The position numbers were made by a program, and so were the translations under genes. The notes beneath the pieces are model-generated. The model worked only from the letters and a program-made list of their open reading frames with translations. It was not told the DNA's origin and made no database searches. This document shows positions 1 to 7,616 of a stretch of DNA of 29,736 nt, in pieces; the first letter of the stretch is position 1, and the number at the start of each line of letters is the position of its first letter. The DNA comes from Candidatus Hydrogenedentota bacterium (lineage in GTDB: Bacteria; Hydrogenedentota; Hydrogenedentia; Hydrogenedentales; JACPGD01). The stretch is from positions 1-29,736 of the forward strand of contig JACPGD010000517.1 in the NCBI GenBank assembly GCA_016182645.1, written 5' to 3'.

Positions 1-823
1 CGACCGCGTGCTCCTGCTCCCCGCGGTCAGCGCCCTGTCCACCGGCGAAATCGCGGGCATGCAGCACATTGCGGAAGCGAGGGGGAGGATCATGGCCCTC
101 GGCACTCCGGGCCTCTTCGACGAACACGGCGCGCCCCGCGACACTCCACCCCTCGACGTCCTGTTTGCCGGCGATCCCTCTGGCGCGCACGCCGTGCTCG
201 ACTGGGACGACCCTGAGATGCTCCAGATCCTTGAGGACGCCTTCGCGGAAGCGGAGATTGGCCCCGCGGTACCGCTCCGCGAAAAAGGCCCCCACTTCCT
301 GGGCGAATGCTATCAATTCACCTACGGCCAGGCCGAAATCCTCGCACTCTTGGCCGGCCCCACGGCGGAAGACGAACAGCGCGTGCGGCTCTCACTGCCG
401 AAGGACGCCCACGTCTACGATGTGCAGACCCATCTGCCCGTGCTCAGTCCCAAACGCGTCTCGGCCCGCATCGCGCCGGGGACCGCCGCCGTATTTTCCA
501 TCCTCCCCTACGAGGTCGAGGGAGTCACCCTGCTCGCGCCCGGCACCGCCTACGCCGGGCGCCGTCTCGAATTCCGCGTCCACGTCGCGGTCCATTCCGG
601 CGCCGCCGGCGCACACCTTCTGCGCATCGACCTCAGCCCCGAGTTTGGCGAACCCCTCCTGCCCTACCGCCGCTTCGTCCCCTGCGCCGCCGGCCTCGGC
701 GGCGACTACCTCCCCCTGGCCCTGAACCTTCCCCCCGGCCGCTACGTCCTCACCGCAACAGACCTCCTCACCGGCCTCCAACAGAATGCCTACGTGTCGA
801 TCGGCCAAGCACCAGAAGGCTGA
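1..823 (+). CDS. hypothetical protein, 5'-truncated at window edge (C-terminal >=271 aa)
   Basis: An open frame (frame 2) runs in from position 2; the first in-window start-like codon is GTG at 8 and the stop TGA is at 821-823. Third-position GC matches neighbouring genes. No recognisable motif. Confidence 0.45.
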   Translation, partial: DRVLLLPAVSALSTGEIAGMQHIAEARGRIMALGTPGLFDEHGAPRDTPPLDVLFAGDPSGAHAVLDWDDPEMLQILEDAFAEAEIGPAVPLREKGPHFLGECYQFTYGQAEILALLAGPTAEDEQRVRLSLPKDAHVYDVQTHLPVLSPKRVSARIAPGTAAVFSILPYEVEGVTLLAPGTAYAGRRLEFRVHVAVHSGAAGAHLLRIDLSPEFGEPLLPYRRFVPCAAGLGGDYLPLALNLPPGRYVLTATDLLTGLQQNAYVSIGQAPEG

Positions 824-838
824 CACCCCCCGCATTCC

Positions 839-1000
839 CACCTTCCCCCGTTCTCATTCACACCTTCTCCCCGTTCCCACGTTCTCACCTTCCCACGTTC
901 TCACAATCCGCAATCCGCAATCCGCAATCCGCAATCCGCAATTCCCGGCCCCTTCTCATTCCTCCCATACTTCCCATTCTTCCCATCACTCCATCTTCCC
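839..1000. repeat. composite pyrimidine-rich short tandem repeat block: 16-bp unit x2 (875-904), heptamer CAATCCG x5 + CAATTCC (904-945), CTTCCCAT-like units (946-1000)
   Basis: Direct reading of the sequence. It lies outside the upstream CDS and fills the space where the 5' part of the sigma-factor gene would be. Confidence 0.9.
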
Positions 1001-1017
1001 CTCAAAAGAACTCCTTG

Positions 1018-1173
1018 CGGCACCTGTGCCTCATAGACCTCAACACCTCCGCCGAGATCGCCCGCCAACTCGGCCTCAAAGAGTCCCGCGTCCGCATGCG
1101 CCTCCAGCGCGGCCTCAAACTCCTCCAAAAATGCCTTGCCCGCCAAGGCATCGACAGCCTCACGCTGCGCTGA
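1018..1173 (+). pseudogene. 3' remnant of an ECF/sigma-70 family sigma factor gene (region 4 HTH only, ~52 codons)
   Basis: Frame-1 translation LCLIDLNTSAEIARQLGLKESRVRMRLQRGLKLLQKCLARQG* matches the sigma-70 region 4_2 pattern (L..EIA..LG....V..RL.RG...L). The upstream in-frame sequence is the repeat block and then overlaps another gene, so no region 2 is present. Stop TGA at 1171-1173. Confidence 0.55.
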
Positions 1174-1731
1174 GCCGGTATCACCCGAGGGCGACTTGGC
1201 ATTAGTCGCGCTGACTACCCTCCAACAGCTATTATGCATGAATTTGGGCTTGAACAGGCTTGATCTGAACGATTGCATGAATGGAGACGGAGAGATGCCA
1301 GTATTCACCTGACTCCTCATTTGGAAATAGATTGCTGTTCCTTTGTAATCCTAGGATGAAATCGTTAGGTTAAAACAGGGACAGACTACGAAATAACTTG
1401 ACTTGCTCCCCTGGTCAAGTGCGCCCGCCCATTGCGCCGGGGGAGTGTGCCAAACGTCAAGCCCGGGAAGTGGAGACGGGAAGGGCCGACTCGAAGTCCG
1501 AAACTCTCTTTCCCCATTCCCACCCCATGTGCTACTCTCCAAGGACAATCCCCCGCCCGGCGTTGTCGAGAACTGGGCGGAGTGGCTACGCATGGAAGAC
1601 GATCCCAATATGCTTGACCGCATCCGCCGTCAGACAAACACTGGGCGGCCCTGTGGCACAGGATCAATTGGAGAATCGGCTGGGCCGCTTCTTGCGGCCT
1701 GCGAAACGGGGCCGCAAGCCGAGAACGAGTC

Positions 1732-2322
1732 ATGAGACCGATGGGAAAGAAGGTAATTCGGAGTCTGTCCCGGATTTGCCCCTTGCTTGTGGGTTTCTCA
1801 CTGGCAGTAGGCGTCTTCTTCGCAGGTCACCATTTTTCGAGGGTTGGGTTGCCGAGGGTGGCATCAGAGATTCGCTTCGCTGATGGAACTGTCGCGCTTC
1901 TGACAACCACATTTAGCGGCACGCTCGAGCCTTTTATCGTATCTTTCTACGTGCAAGAGCCTGGAATGGCTTGGGTTTGGTACTACATTGACCATCAGGC
2001 CTTTTTAGGTTTCGCAAAGGCGTCTTTAGAGTCTACCGGGGACATCATTAGCATATCTGTTGACGGTGTTTCGCGGGCAAGATACGATGTCAGGAAGAGG
2101 GAACTTTACCGTGATGGAAAGCTTCGCAAACCTCTCATCTTGACCGATGGTTCTCCCTTTGAGCCGTATTCCCAACAAATGGTTGCACGCTCTGTGGAAA
2201 GTCGGGAGAATGACGCAGAGGCATCTGCTTTCTGCTTACTTCCGCGCAAGTACGGGCCCTCCCAAGAAGTCCAGGATCAAAATGGGAAACTAGGGACGCT
2301 ACCCATATTTCGGGGAAACTAG
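1732..2322 (+). CDS. hypothetical membrane-anchored protein (196 aa, N-terminal hydrophobic segment)
   Basis: ATG at 1732. The N-terminus ICPLLVGFSLAVGVFFAG is hydrophobic. Third-position GC is visibly lower than in surrounding genes. The stop TAG (2320-2322) lies inside a 30-bp tandem duplication. The ATG overlaps the stop of an upstream small ORF as ATGA. Confidence 0.55.
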   Translation: MRPMGKKVIRSLSRICPLLVGFSLAVGVFFAGHHFSRVGLPRVASEIRFADGTVALLTTTFSGTLEPFIVSFYVQEPGMAWVWYYIDHQAFLGFAKASLESTGDIISISVDGVSRARYDVRKRELYRDGKLRKPLILTDGSPFEPYSQQMVARSVESRENDAEASAFCLLPRKYGPSQEVQDQNGKLGTLPIFRGN

Positions 2323-2353
2323 GGGGAAACTAGGGACGCTACCCATATTTCGG
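2284..2353. repeat. tandem duplication of 30 bp (GGGAAACTAGGGACGCTACCCATATTTCGG) separated by an 11-bp partial unit
   Basis: Copy 1 is at 2284-2313 and copy 2 at 2325-2353. The unit GGAAACTAGG occurs 3 times. The duplication contains the stop codon and last 9 codons of the 1732-2322 CDS. Confidence 0.9.
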
Positions 2354-2417
2354 AAAGATGAAGCCCCAAATTGAACTCTGCTGTGGCCCGGTCCCCTTGA
2401 CCGTGCCACTCCCCCGA

Positions 2418-2610
2418 CCGTCAGGTCTCCTCCTCTTCTTGCCGCCGCCCCTTCCCCCTCTGCCATGGGCGCAGGGTGAGCGGAGAAGGCCGCCATGGTC
2501 ACCGGGCCGGTCCCACCAACCACCGCGTTGGTATCGAACTGCAGGGTGAGCAAAGAAGGCTGCCATGGTCACCGGAACGTGGCCCCAACCACCGCGTTGG
2601 TTTCGAACTC
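2418..2610. repeat. 18-nt motif CCGTCAGGTCTCCTCCTC (2418-2435) followed by a 70-bp unit repeated in tandem twice (2471-2540, 2541-2610; ~88% identity)
   Basis: Direct comparison of the two units (GCAGGGTGAGC..GCCATGGTCACCGG..CCAACCACCGCGTTGGT.TCGAACT). The 18-mer recurs exactly on the opposite strand at 7599-7616. Confidence 0.85.
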
Positions 2611-2750
2611 GGAGCCGGCGATCCGATCTCAAAAAACGCTAGAATTATTGGATATTTCCTGAATTATCTCTATTGTCCACTGAGTACCCCTTGTTTCGCA
2701 AAACCACTCCCCGCCCCGCTCCCGCCCTTTTCACACCTTCCGCATTCTCT

Positions 2751-2778
2751 TGGAGTCTGGAGTCTGGAGTCTGGAGTC
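2751..2778. repeat. heptanucleotide tandem repeat TGGAGTC x4
   Basis: Direct reading of the sequence. It is intergenic, 45 nt downstream of the 3' end of the minus-strand operon. Confidence 0.9.
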
Positions 2779-2823
2779 CGATGAGAACTTGCCATGGCCA
2801 GCACATTCCTTTCCTGTTGTTTC

Positions 2824-4266
2824 CTACTGCTTCATTCCTAATTGCTCCGGTTTGATGGGTGGGGAATAGCTGGGCATGCTGGCGTTGGGGGCGAGGACGT
2901 AGACGCGCGCATCGCCCAGCAGCGCGATGCAGGTGCGGCCCTTCCCCGCTAGGTCTTCGGTGAAGAGCACCTCCCGGAGCGGGGCATCGAACCGGAACTT
3001 GGCCGTGGGGGTATCGTCGAAGCCCTGCTCGCCATAGAGCCACACGGCGTATTCCTCCGCGGTGCGGCTACAGCCAAAATCGGTCCGCGTGTCCCCGTTG
3101 AAGTCGGCGAATACCAGGTGTTTCAAGGGGGCTTCGGAAGGCATCTCGAGGTACCACGACAAGGGCGCCTGGAGTGAAAGCGTGCTCGCGGCGCGCGGGT
3201 CGAAGCGCTCCTTTTCCGGCACGTACAAGTGCACGCGCAACAGGAGCGGCCAGGCGCCGCTGACCGCCGCGCGCGTCAAGGCGTTCACGGTGATGCTGGC
3301 TTCCGCCGGCGACCAGAGCAAGAGATCCGCATAACTGTCTCCATTGAAATCCGGCTGCCGCAATTGCCGCGTCACCAGCATGCCCGGGTACCGCCGGGCC
3401 GGGCCGGCGCGGAATTCCTGGGCGCCGGCATCACCCGTGGCCTGGGGCGCGCGAATCCGCACGAGCAGATCGCTGAACGCCGCATCGGCCGCGGCGTAGA
3501 GGGCACGTTCCTGGAGCAGGGCTTCTTCGCGCAAGGGAAACCAGGGCCAGGCCTCCGGCGGCATGGCGGCGGCCTCCACCATTTGGCGCGGCGTACCCAT
3601 GCGTCGTGCCACGCCTTCCGCCTCGAGCGGCTGGAGTTCCCCGGGCAACTCCGGCGCATTGGCCACCACGCTGTTGACCCGCATCTCCAACGATCCCGGT
3701 GGTCCGATCTGCGGCGGGTTCGAGGCCCGGCTGCTGAATGGTTCGCCATAGCGCGGCTGCTTCACGGCCGTGGCGGCGAGGGGGAAGTTATCGAGCAAAT
3801 CCCCGGCAGCGCTGCGCAGTTCGAGGGCCGTGTCCGTGGGCAGCGCCAGCGCGGGAACGTCCACGCGCGGCACCACCAGCACATGCAGAAACGGCTGGGT
3901 GGCCGCATTGGCGAACTGCGTGTGCAGGGAAAAAAGATCCGTGCCGTCCGGCGAGGAAGGGGTCGGCAGTCCATAGCGCACCAGGGCATCGCCCGCCACG
4001 CTGACGATCTCGCTGCGCCCGTCCCCGTTCAGATCCGCTATGTCCACCGCCGTCGTACCCGGGCGCAGATTCACCTCATAGGAGGAGTCGGGCCTGGAAT
4101 CCTGAAAGACTGTCAGGCGGAGTCCATCCAAGACGAACAATTCCGCGGGCCCCGCCGGTTCCACCTTCGCGGTGAAAAAGCGGGCTTCCGCACTGGGTAG
4201 GGGAAACTCCAACCGATCAAAGGCGTCCGCGGACAGCAACGCCAGGATGAGTGGCAGCAGCGTCAT
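2824..4266 (-). CDS. secreted FG-GAP/VCBS-like calcium-binding repeat protein (480 aa), fourth gene of the operon
   Basis: Internal ATG at 4266 gives a signal peptide MTLLPLILALLSADA. The longer ORF-track N-terminus is Arg-rich overlap junk. There are three D-x-N-G-D-x-x-x-D-[LIV] motifs (ADLNGDGRSEIVSV, PDFNGDSYADLLLW, ADFNGDTRTDFG). The start overlaps the upstream stop as ATGA (4263-4266). Confidence 0.75.
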   Translation of the reverse strand: MTLLPLILALLSADAFDRLEFPLPSAEARFFTAKVEPAGPAELFVLDGLRLTVFQDSRPDSSYEVNLRPGTTAVDIADLNGDGRSEIVSVAGDALVRYGLPTPSSPDGTDLFSLHTQFANAATQPFLHVLVVPRVDVPALALPTDTALELRSAAGDLLDNFPLAATAVKQPRYGEPFSSRASNPPQIGPPGSLEMRVNSVVANAPELPGELQPLEAEGVARRMGTPRQMVEAAAMPPEAWPWFPLREEALLQERALYAAADAAFSDLLVRIRAPQATGDAGAQEFRAGPARRYPGMLVTRQLRQPDFNGDSYADLLLWSPAEASITVNALTRAAVSGAWPLLLRVHLYVPEKERFDPRAASTLSLQAPLSWYLEMPSEAPLKHLVFADFNGDTRTDFGCSRTAEEYAVWLYGEQGFDDTPTAKFRFDAPLREVLFTEDLAGKGRTCIALLGDARVYVLAPNASMPSYSPPIKPEQLGMKQ

Positions 4267-5741
4267 GACGCCTCCTCCCGCGAGAAGTAGACCAGCGAAC
4301 CGGGCGTCTGTGCCTGCTGGGCCTGTTTGGGCTGGACCAGGAGATCGCCGCGGCCATCGTGGTTGATGTCGTACACCCGGATGTCCGCCGGCCCCGGCAC
4401 GCTCCAGGTCGTTTCGAGGGCGCCGCCCAGACGGCCTGGCGCACTCAGAAACAGCCGCACGCGTTCCGGCTCCTCTCGGACCACGACGTCTTTCCAGCCA
4501 TCGCCATTGAAGTCGCCGGTGAAATTGATCAATTCGCCCAGTTGATAGCGTTGAAACATAGGCCCGTTGAGATAGGGCGCCGCATCCAGATTGATGCGCA
4601 CCTGGCCTTCCACGGCGGGCGCCTTGGAGAACCCCCCGCTCTCTTGAGCATAAACACGCAGGACATGATCGAGCACGGAGCGGGTGAGTAGTTGCGCGAT
4701 CATCTCGCGCGGCCCGCCCTGGAACAGCGTGGCTGATTCCGAGACCAAGTCCTTGTCGCCGTCCCCGTCCACGTCCAGGAAGGAACAATGCGGGCGTAAG
4801 CGCTGGAAGGAAGGTTCGCGCACCACTTTGAACGTGGCGCCGCCATCGAGCGTGGCCCATGTTTCGTAGACCGGGAGCGGATACGCGGAGGCTTTGGATT
4901 CCTGCCACACGCCGCCGGCATAGTCGATCACATCGTCATTGTTCAAACGGCAGGGACGCAGGAAGGCTGGCATGGACGGCGTCGCCTGGGTCGAGCTCGC
5001 CGCGGGGTCCAGTTCCCAGGCCTGGCCGGCCGCCACGCTGTAGTCCGTTCGGACGTAGCCCCGGCTGGAGGCCGTTTCCAGGTCCTGGCTGAGGACGCTG
5101 ATCCGATTCGCTTGAAGGAAGAACCTGGCGGACATCTCCCGGGCCGGAAAGAGGAGACGGCGTCTGGGTGCCGGCCAGAGTTGCTGTTGTTCCTCTTGCA
5201 CCAAATCCAGCGGGGGCAGAATGCGCCAGACGGCACGTTCCGCATAAACTTCGCTCTCCTGGTTACGAGAGAAAACATGAATGCCCGCGGGATCGACGGC
5301 GATCAGTTCGGGGTCGCCGTTGCCATCGACGTCGTGGAGATACCGCTGCAAGCGCCGCTTTTCTTCCGAGAGGTCCGGCGGTTGAGCCGGCCAGGACAGG
5401 GGTTGGCCCACGACCGTTTCCCAGCCTCCCTGCGTCCATCGATAGATAGCCAGACTATTCTGGCTTCTCAGGTAGAGCGCACCCCTCCAGACATCAATGT
5501 CGGCGGGAGCGTCCGGTTGCGGCAGTGGCACGCGCCGTTCCGGGGGGAATCCGCCCGCCTCCTGGAACAGAACCATGCCGGCGAGCACCAGATCGTCGGC
5601 GCCATCTCGGTCGAGGTCGGCCTGGACAAAATTCGTGGCGGCTTCCGCGGTGAGGGGATCGACCACGCCGACGTAAACGGCGGGGATTTCCTGGGACGTG
5701 AAGCGCAGGGCGGCCAGACAAAGCAGGGGCAAGCACATCAT
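4263..5741 (-). CDS. secreted FG-GAP repeat (integrin-alpha-like beta-propeller) protein, 492 aa, third gene of the operon
   Basis: Start MMCLPLLCLAAL... (ATG at 5741) overlaps the permease stop as ATGA. Five spaced Ca-binding-type repeats are present (DLDRDGADDLVLAG, DVDGNGDPELIAVD, DVDGDGDKDLVSE, DFNGDGWKDVVV, DINHDGRGDLLV). Confidence 0.75.
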   Translation of the reverse strand: MMCLPLLCLAALRFTSQEIPAVYVGVVDPLTAEAATNFVQADLDRDGADDLVLAGMVLFQEAGGFPPERRVPLPQPDAPADIDVWRGALYLRSQNSLAIYRWTQGGWETVVGQPLSWPAQPPDLSEEKRRLQRYLHDVDGNGDPELIAVDPAGIHVFSRNQESEVYAERAVWRILPPLDLVQEEQQQLWPAPRRRLLFPAREMSARFFLQANRISVLSQDLETASSRGYVRTDYSVAAGQAWELDPAASSTQATPSMPAFLRPCRLNNDDVIDYAGGVWQESKASAYPLPVYETWATLDGGATFKVVREPSFQRLRPHCSFLDVDGDGDKDLVSESATLFQGGPREMIAQLLTRSVLDHVLRVYAQESGGFSKAPAVEGQVRINLDAAPYLNGPMFQRYQLGELINFTGDFNGDGWKDVVVREEPERVRLFLSAPGRLGGALETTWSVPGPADIRVYDINHDGRGDLLVQPKQAQQAQTPGSLVYFSREEAS

Positions 5742-6529
5742 GCGGAGAGGTTTCGGCGCTGAAGCGCAACAATGGCCAAGGCGGTACAGACGGCCATGAC
5801 GGCAAAGGAGGTGCCGAGGACATACCACACGCCGGGGAACCAATCCAGGGCAATGGCCTCACTGCGGCTGCTGAATACGGCCCAGGGCTTCTCGAGGTAC
5901 GTGGAAAAGACGAAGCGCTCGATGCCCAGGGGATATTTGACCAGGTCAATCAGAATCCATCCTCCGACCGCGCCGGAAGCCGCCGTCATGGGGCTCCTGA
6001 AGAAGGAGGAGAACATGAGCGCCAGCGCGACGCCCGCCCATTGCGGGGCCAGGCTCAACAGCAGTCCCAGGAGGTAGGCATTGCTCATCTCTTCCCGCGT
6101 GAAGAGCAATTCGCCGCCATAGGTAACGCCCATGAGTTCGCCGAGGAGCCACGCCAGCAGCCAACTACTCGCGCCAACTATCAAGGTCAACAGCAGGGCA
6201 TAGGTCATGCCATTGAGTAGTTTGGCCAGGACAAACTCGTGCCTGCGCACGGGCCGGATCAGGACTTGCCGGATCGTGCCGGACGCAAGTTCGGTGGACA
6301 CCAACCCCGCCGAATAAATCAGCAGCAGCAAGAACCCGAGGAAATTCAGGGCCACCGGCGTAATATAAGCGATGAAGCCGTAGTCGCTGACCTCGTCTTT
6401 GCTGATGGGGTAGAGGAGCGGGGCGCAGACGACCGCGATCAGGACAAGGACCGGCCCCATGGCCGAGTATTTGTAGTGGATCACCTTGTACATCTCGAAG
6501 AGATAGGCTTGAACAATGCGCCTGGTCAT
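5738..6529 (-). CDS. ABC-2 family transporter permease (263 aa, ~6 TM helices)
   Basis: Start MTRRIVQAYLFEMYKV at 6529 overlaps the ATPase stop as ATGA. It shows the multi-TM hydrophobic profile typical of ABC-2 (NosY/GldF-like) permeases. Confidence 0.8.
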   Translation of the reverse strand: MTRRIVQAYLFEMYKVIHYKYSAMGPVLVLIAVVCAPLLYPISKDEVSDYGFIAYITPVALNFLGFLLLLIYSAGLVSTELASGTIRQVLIRPVRRHEFVLAKLLNGMTYALLLTLIVGASSWLLAWLLGELMGVTYGGELLFTREEMSNAYLLGLLLSLAPQWAGVALALMFSSFFRSPMTAASGAVGGWILIDLVKYPLGIERFVFSTYLEKPWAVFSSRSEAIALDWFPGVWYVLGTSFAVMAVCTALAIVALQRRNLSA

Positions 6530-7446
6530 GAGGCCGCCCCTTTTTCGCTCTGGTTCATGACTTTCAGAAAATAGTCTTGAAGCGTTCGCCGGCGCGGCAT
6601 GATGGCCGAGACCTTGTATCCCCCCGTGACCAGGAATGCGGCCAGTTGGTGTACGTTTTCCTCGCGAAGGCGCACTTGAAGGCGCCCAGGTTTCGCCTCC
6701 ACCTTTTCCACCCAACTCTGCTCCGACAGGCGCTTGGCCGCGCCCTCACTGCCGTCGATCAGGACTTCGACCGAGGTCTGATCATAAGAGAGCAGCGCGT
6801 CCGTCCGTTCGCAGGCCACCAACTCGCCTTTATTCAGGATGGCCACGCGATCGCAGAGACTTTCTACTTCGTGCATCTGGTGGCTTGAGAAGACAATGGT
6901 CACCCGGGCGTCCTTGGCCAGGTACCGGAGCAATTGCAGGATGTCCTGGACCCCTTCCAAGTCCAGTCCGGCGGTCGGTTCGTCGAGCAAGAGCAACTCA
7001 GGCTCGGTCAACATGGCGTGGGCCAGTCCCAGGCGCTGGCGCATCCCTTGAGATAGTGCCCCCGCGCGGGCATTGCCCGCATGCAGCAGTCCCACCAAGT
7101 CCAGCAAGCGGTCCACATTGACATCATGCCCGGCCAGCCGCGCAAACAGCTTCAAGTTGCGGCGCACGCTCAAATAATCGTAAAAGACGGGCCGCTCCAC
7201 CAGCACGCCCATCCGGCGCGCAATAGACACGAAATTCCGCTGCAATTCCCGCCCGAATACGTTGATCTTTCCCTCGTCCGGCCGGACCAGCCCCGCCAGC
7301 ATGTAGAGCGTGGTGCTCTTTCCCGCGCCATTCGGCCCGAGCAGACCCAACACCTCGCCTTCCTCCACTTTCAGCGTCAAGTTCTTGACCGCAACCGTGG
7401 AACCATAGTGTTTCGTCAGGTTGTTTAGGGAAATACAGGTGGGCAT
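6526..7446 (-). CDS. ABC transporter ATP-binding protein (306 aa) with C-terminal extension
   Basis: Walker A GPNGAGKST, ABC signature LSQGMRQRL and Walker B LLLLDEP are all present. ATG at 7446 (MPTCISLNNLTKHYG). The longer ORF-track N-terminus only translates the heptamer repeats. Confidence 0.9.
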   Translation of the reverse strand: MPTCISLNNLTKHYGSTVAVKNLTLKVEEGEVLGLLGPNGAGKSTTLYMLAGLVRPDEGKINVFGRELQRNFVSIARRMGVLVERPVFYDYLSVRRNLKLFARLAGHDVNVDRLLDLVGLLHAGNARAGALSQGMRQRLGLAHAMLTEPELLLLDEPTAGLDLEGVQDILQLLRYLAKDARVTIVFSSHQMHEVESLCDRVAILNKGELVACERTDALLSYDQTSVEVLIDGSEGAAKRLSEQSWVEKVEAKPGRLQVRLREENVHQLAAFLVTGGYKVSAIMPRRRTLQDYFLKVMNQSEKGAAS

Positions 7447-7471
7447 GCGAAAATGGTAGCACGACGGGAGG

Positions 7472-7534
7472 GGGATTGGGAATTGGGAATTAGGAATTAG
7501 GAATGGGGAATGGGGAATGGGGAATGGGGAATGG
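7472..7534. repeat. heptanucleotide repeat array, 9 units (minus-strand sense: CCATTCC x5, TAATTCC x2, CAATTCC, CAATCCC)
   Basis: Direct reading of the sequence. It lies 26-90 nt upstream of the ABC ATPase start codon. The unit is related to the CAATCCG/CAATTCC array at 904-945. Confidence 0.9.
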
Positions 7535-7545
7535 GGGAGGAGGGA

Positions 7546-7616
7546 GGAGACCTGCGGTCGGGGCCGTGGCGCGGTCAGGAGACCACGCCATAGCGGGGGA
7601 GGAGGAGACCTGACGG
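7546..7616 (-). repeat. two direct copies of the motif CCG(T)CAGGTCTCCTCC.C..CCCCC plus a third GGAGACC core; degenerate copy of the 2418-2610 element
   Basis: The reverse complement of 7599-7616 equals 2418-2435 exactly (18/18). Downstream similarity continues (CCCCCGCTATGGCG vs CCCCCTCTGCCATGGGCG). A second copy is at 7546-7566. Confidence 0.7.

Noticed and set aside
307-1173. ORF 307-1173 as an intact 288-aa sigma factor
   Set aside because: Only the last ~52 codons resemble sigma-70 region 4. The rest overlaps the preceding gene and the SSR block out of context.
1529-1735. Small ORF (~68 aa, GTG start) translationally coupled by ATGA to the 1732-2322 gene
   Set aside because: It is not listed as a feature because it has no recognisable motif and only an alternative-start ORF. 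The sole support is the ATGA overlap, so it is mentioned only within the islet finding.
2520-2605. TTCGAA-containing segments (GTTGGTATCGAACT / GTTGGTTTCGAACT) as tRNA T-arm fragments or a tRNA-derived att site
   Set aside because: No complementary T-stem, acceptor stem or CCA context could be built on either strand. They are better explained as part of the 70-bp tandem repeat.
3229-5762. Plus-strand ORFs 3229-4200 (323 aa) and 5112-5762 (216 aa) inside the FG-GAP genes
   Set aside because: These are shadow ORFs antisense to well-supported secreted-protein genes. Their composition is Arg/Gly/His-rich and they have no start-site support.
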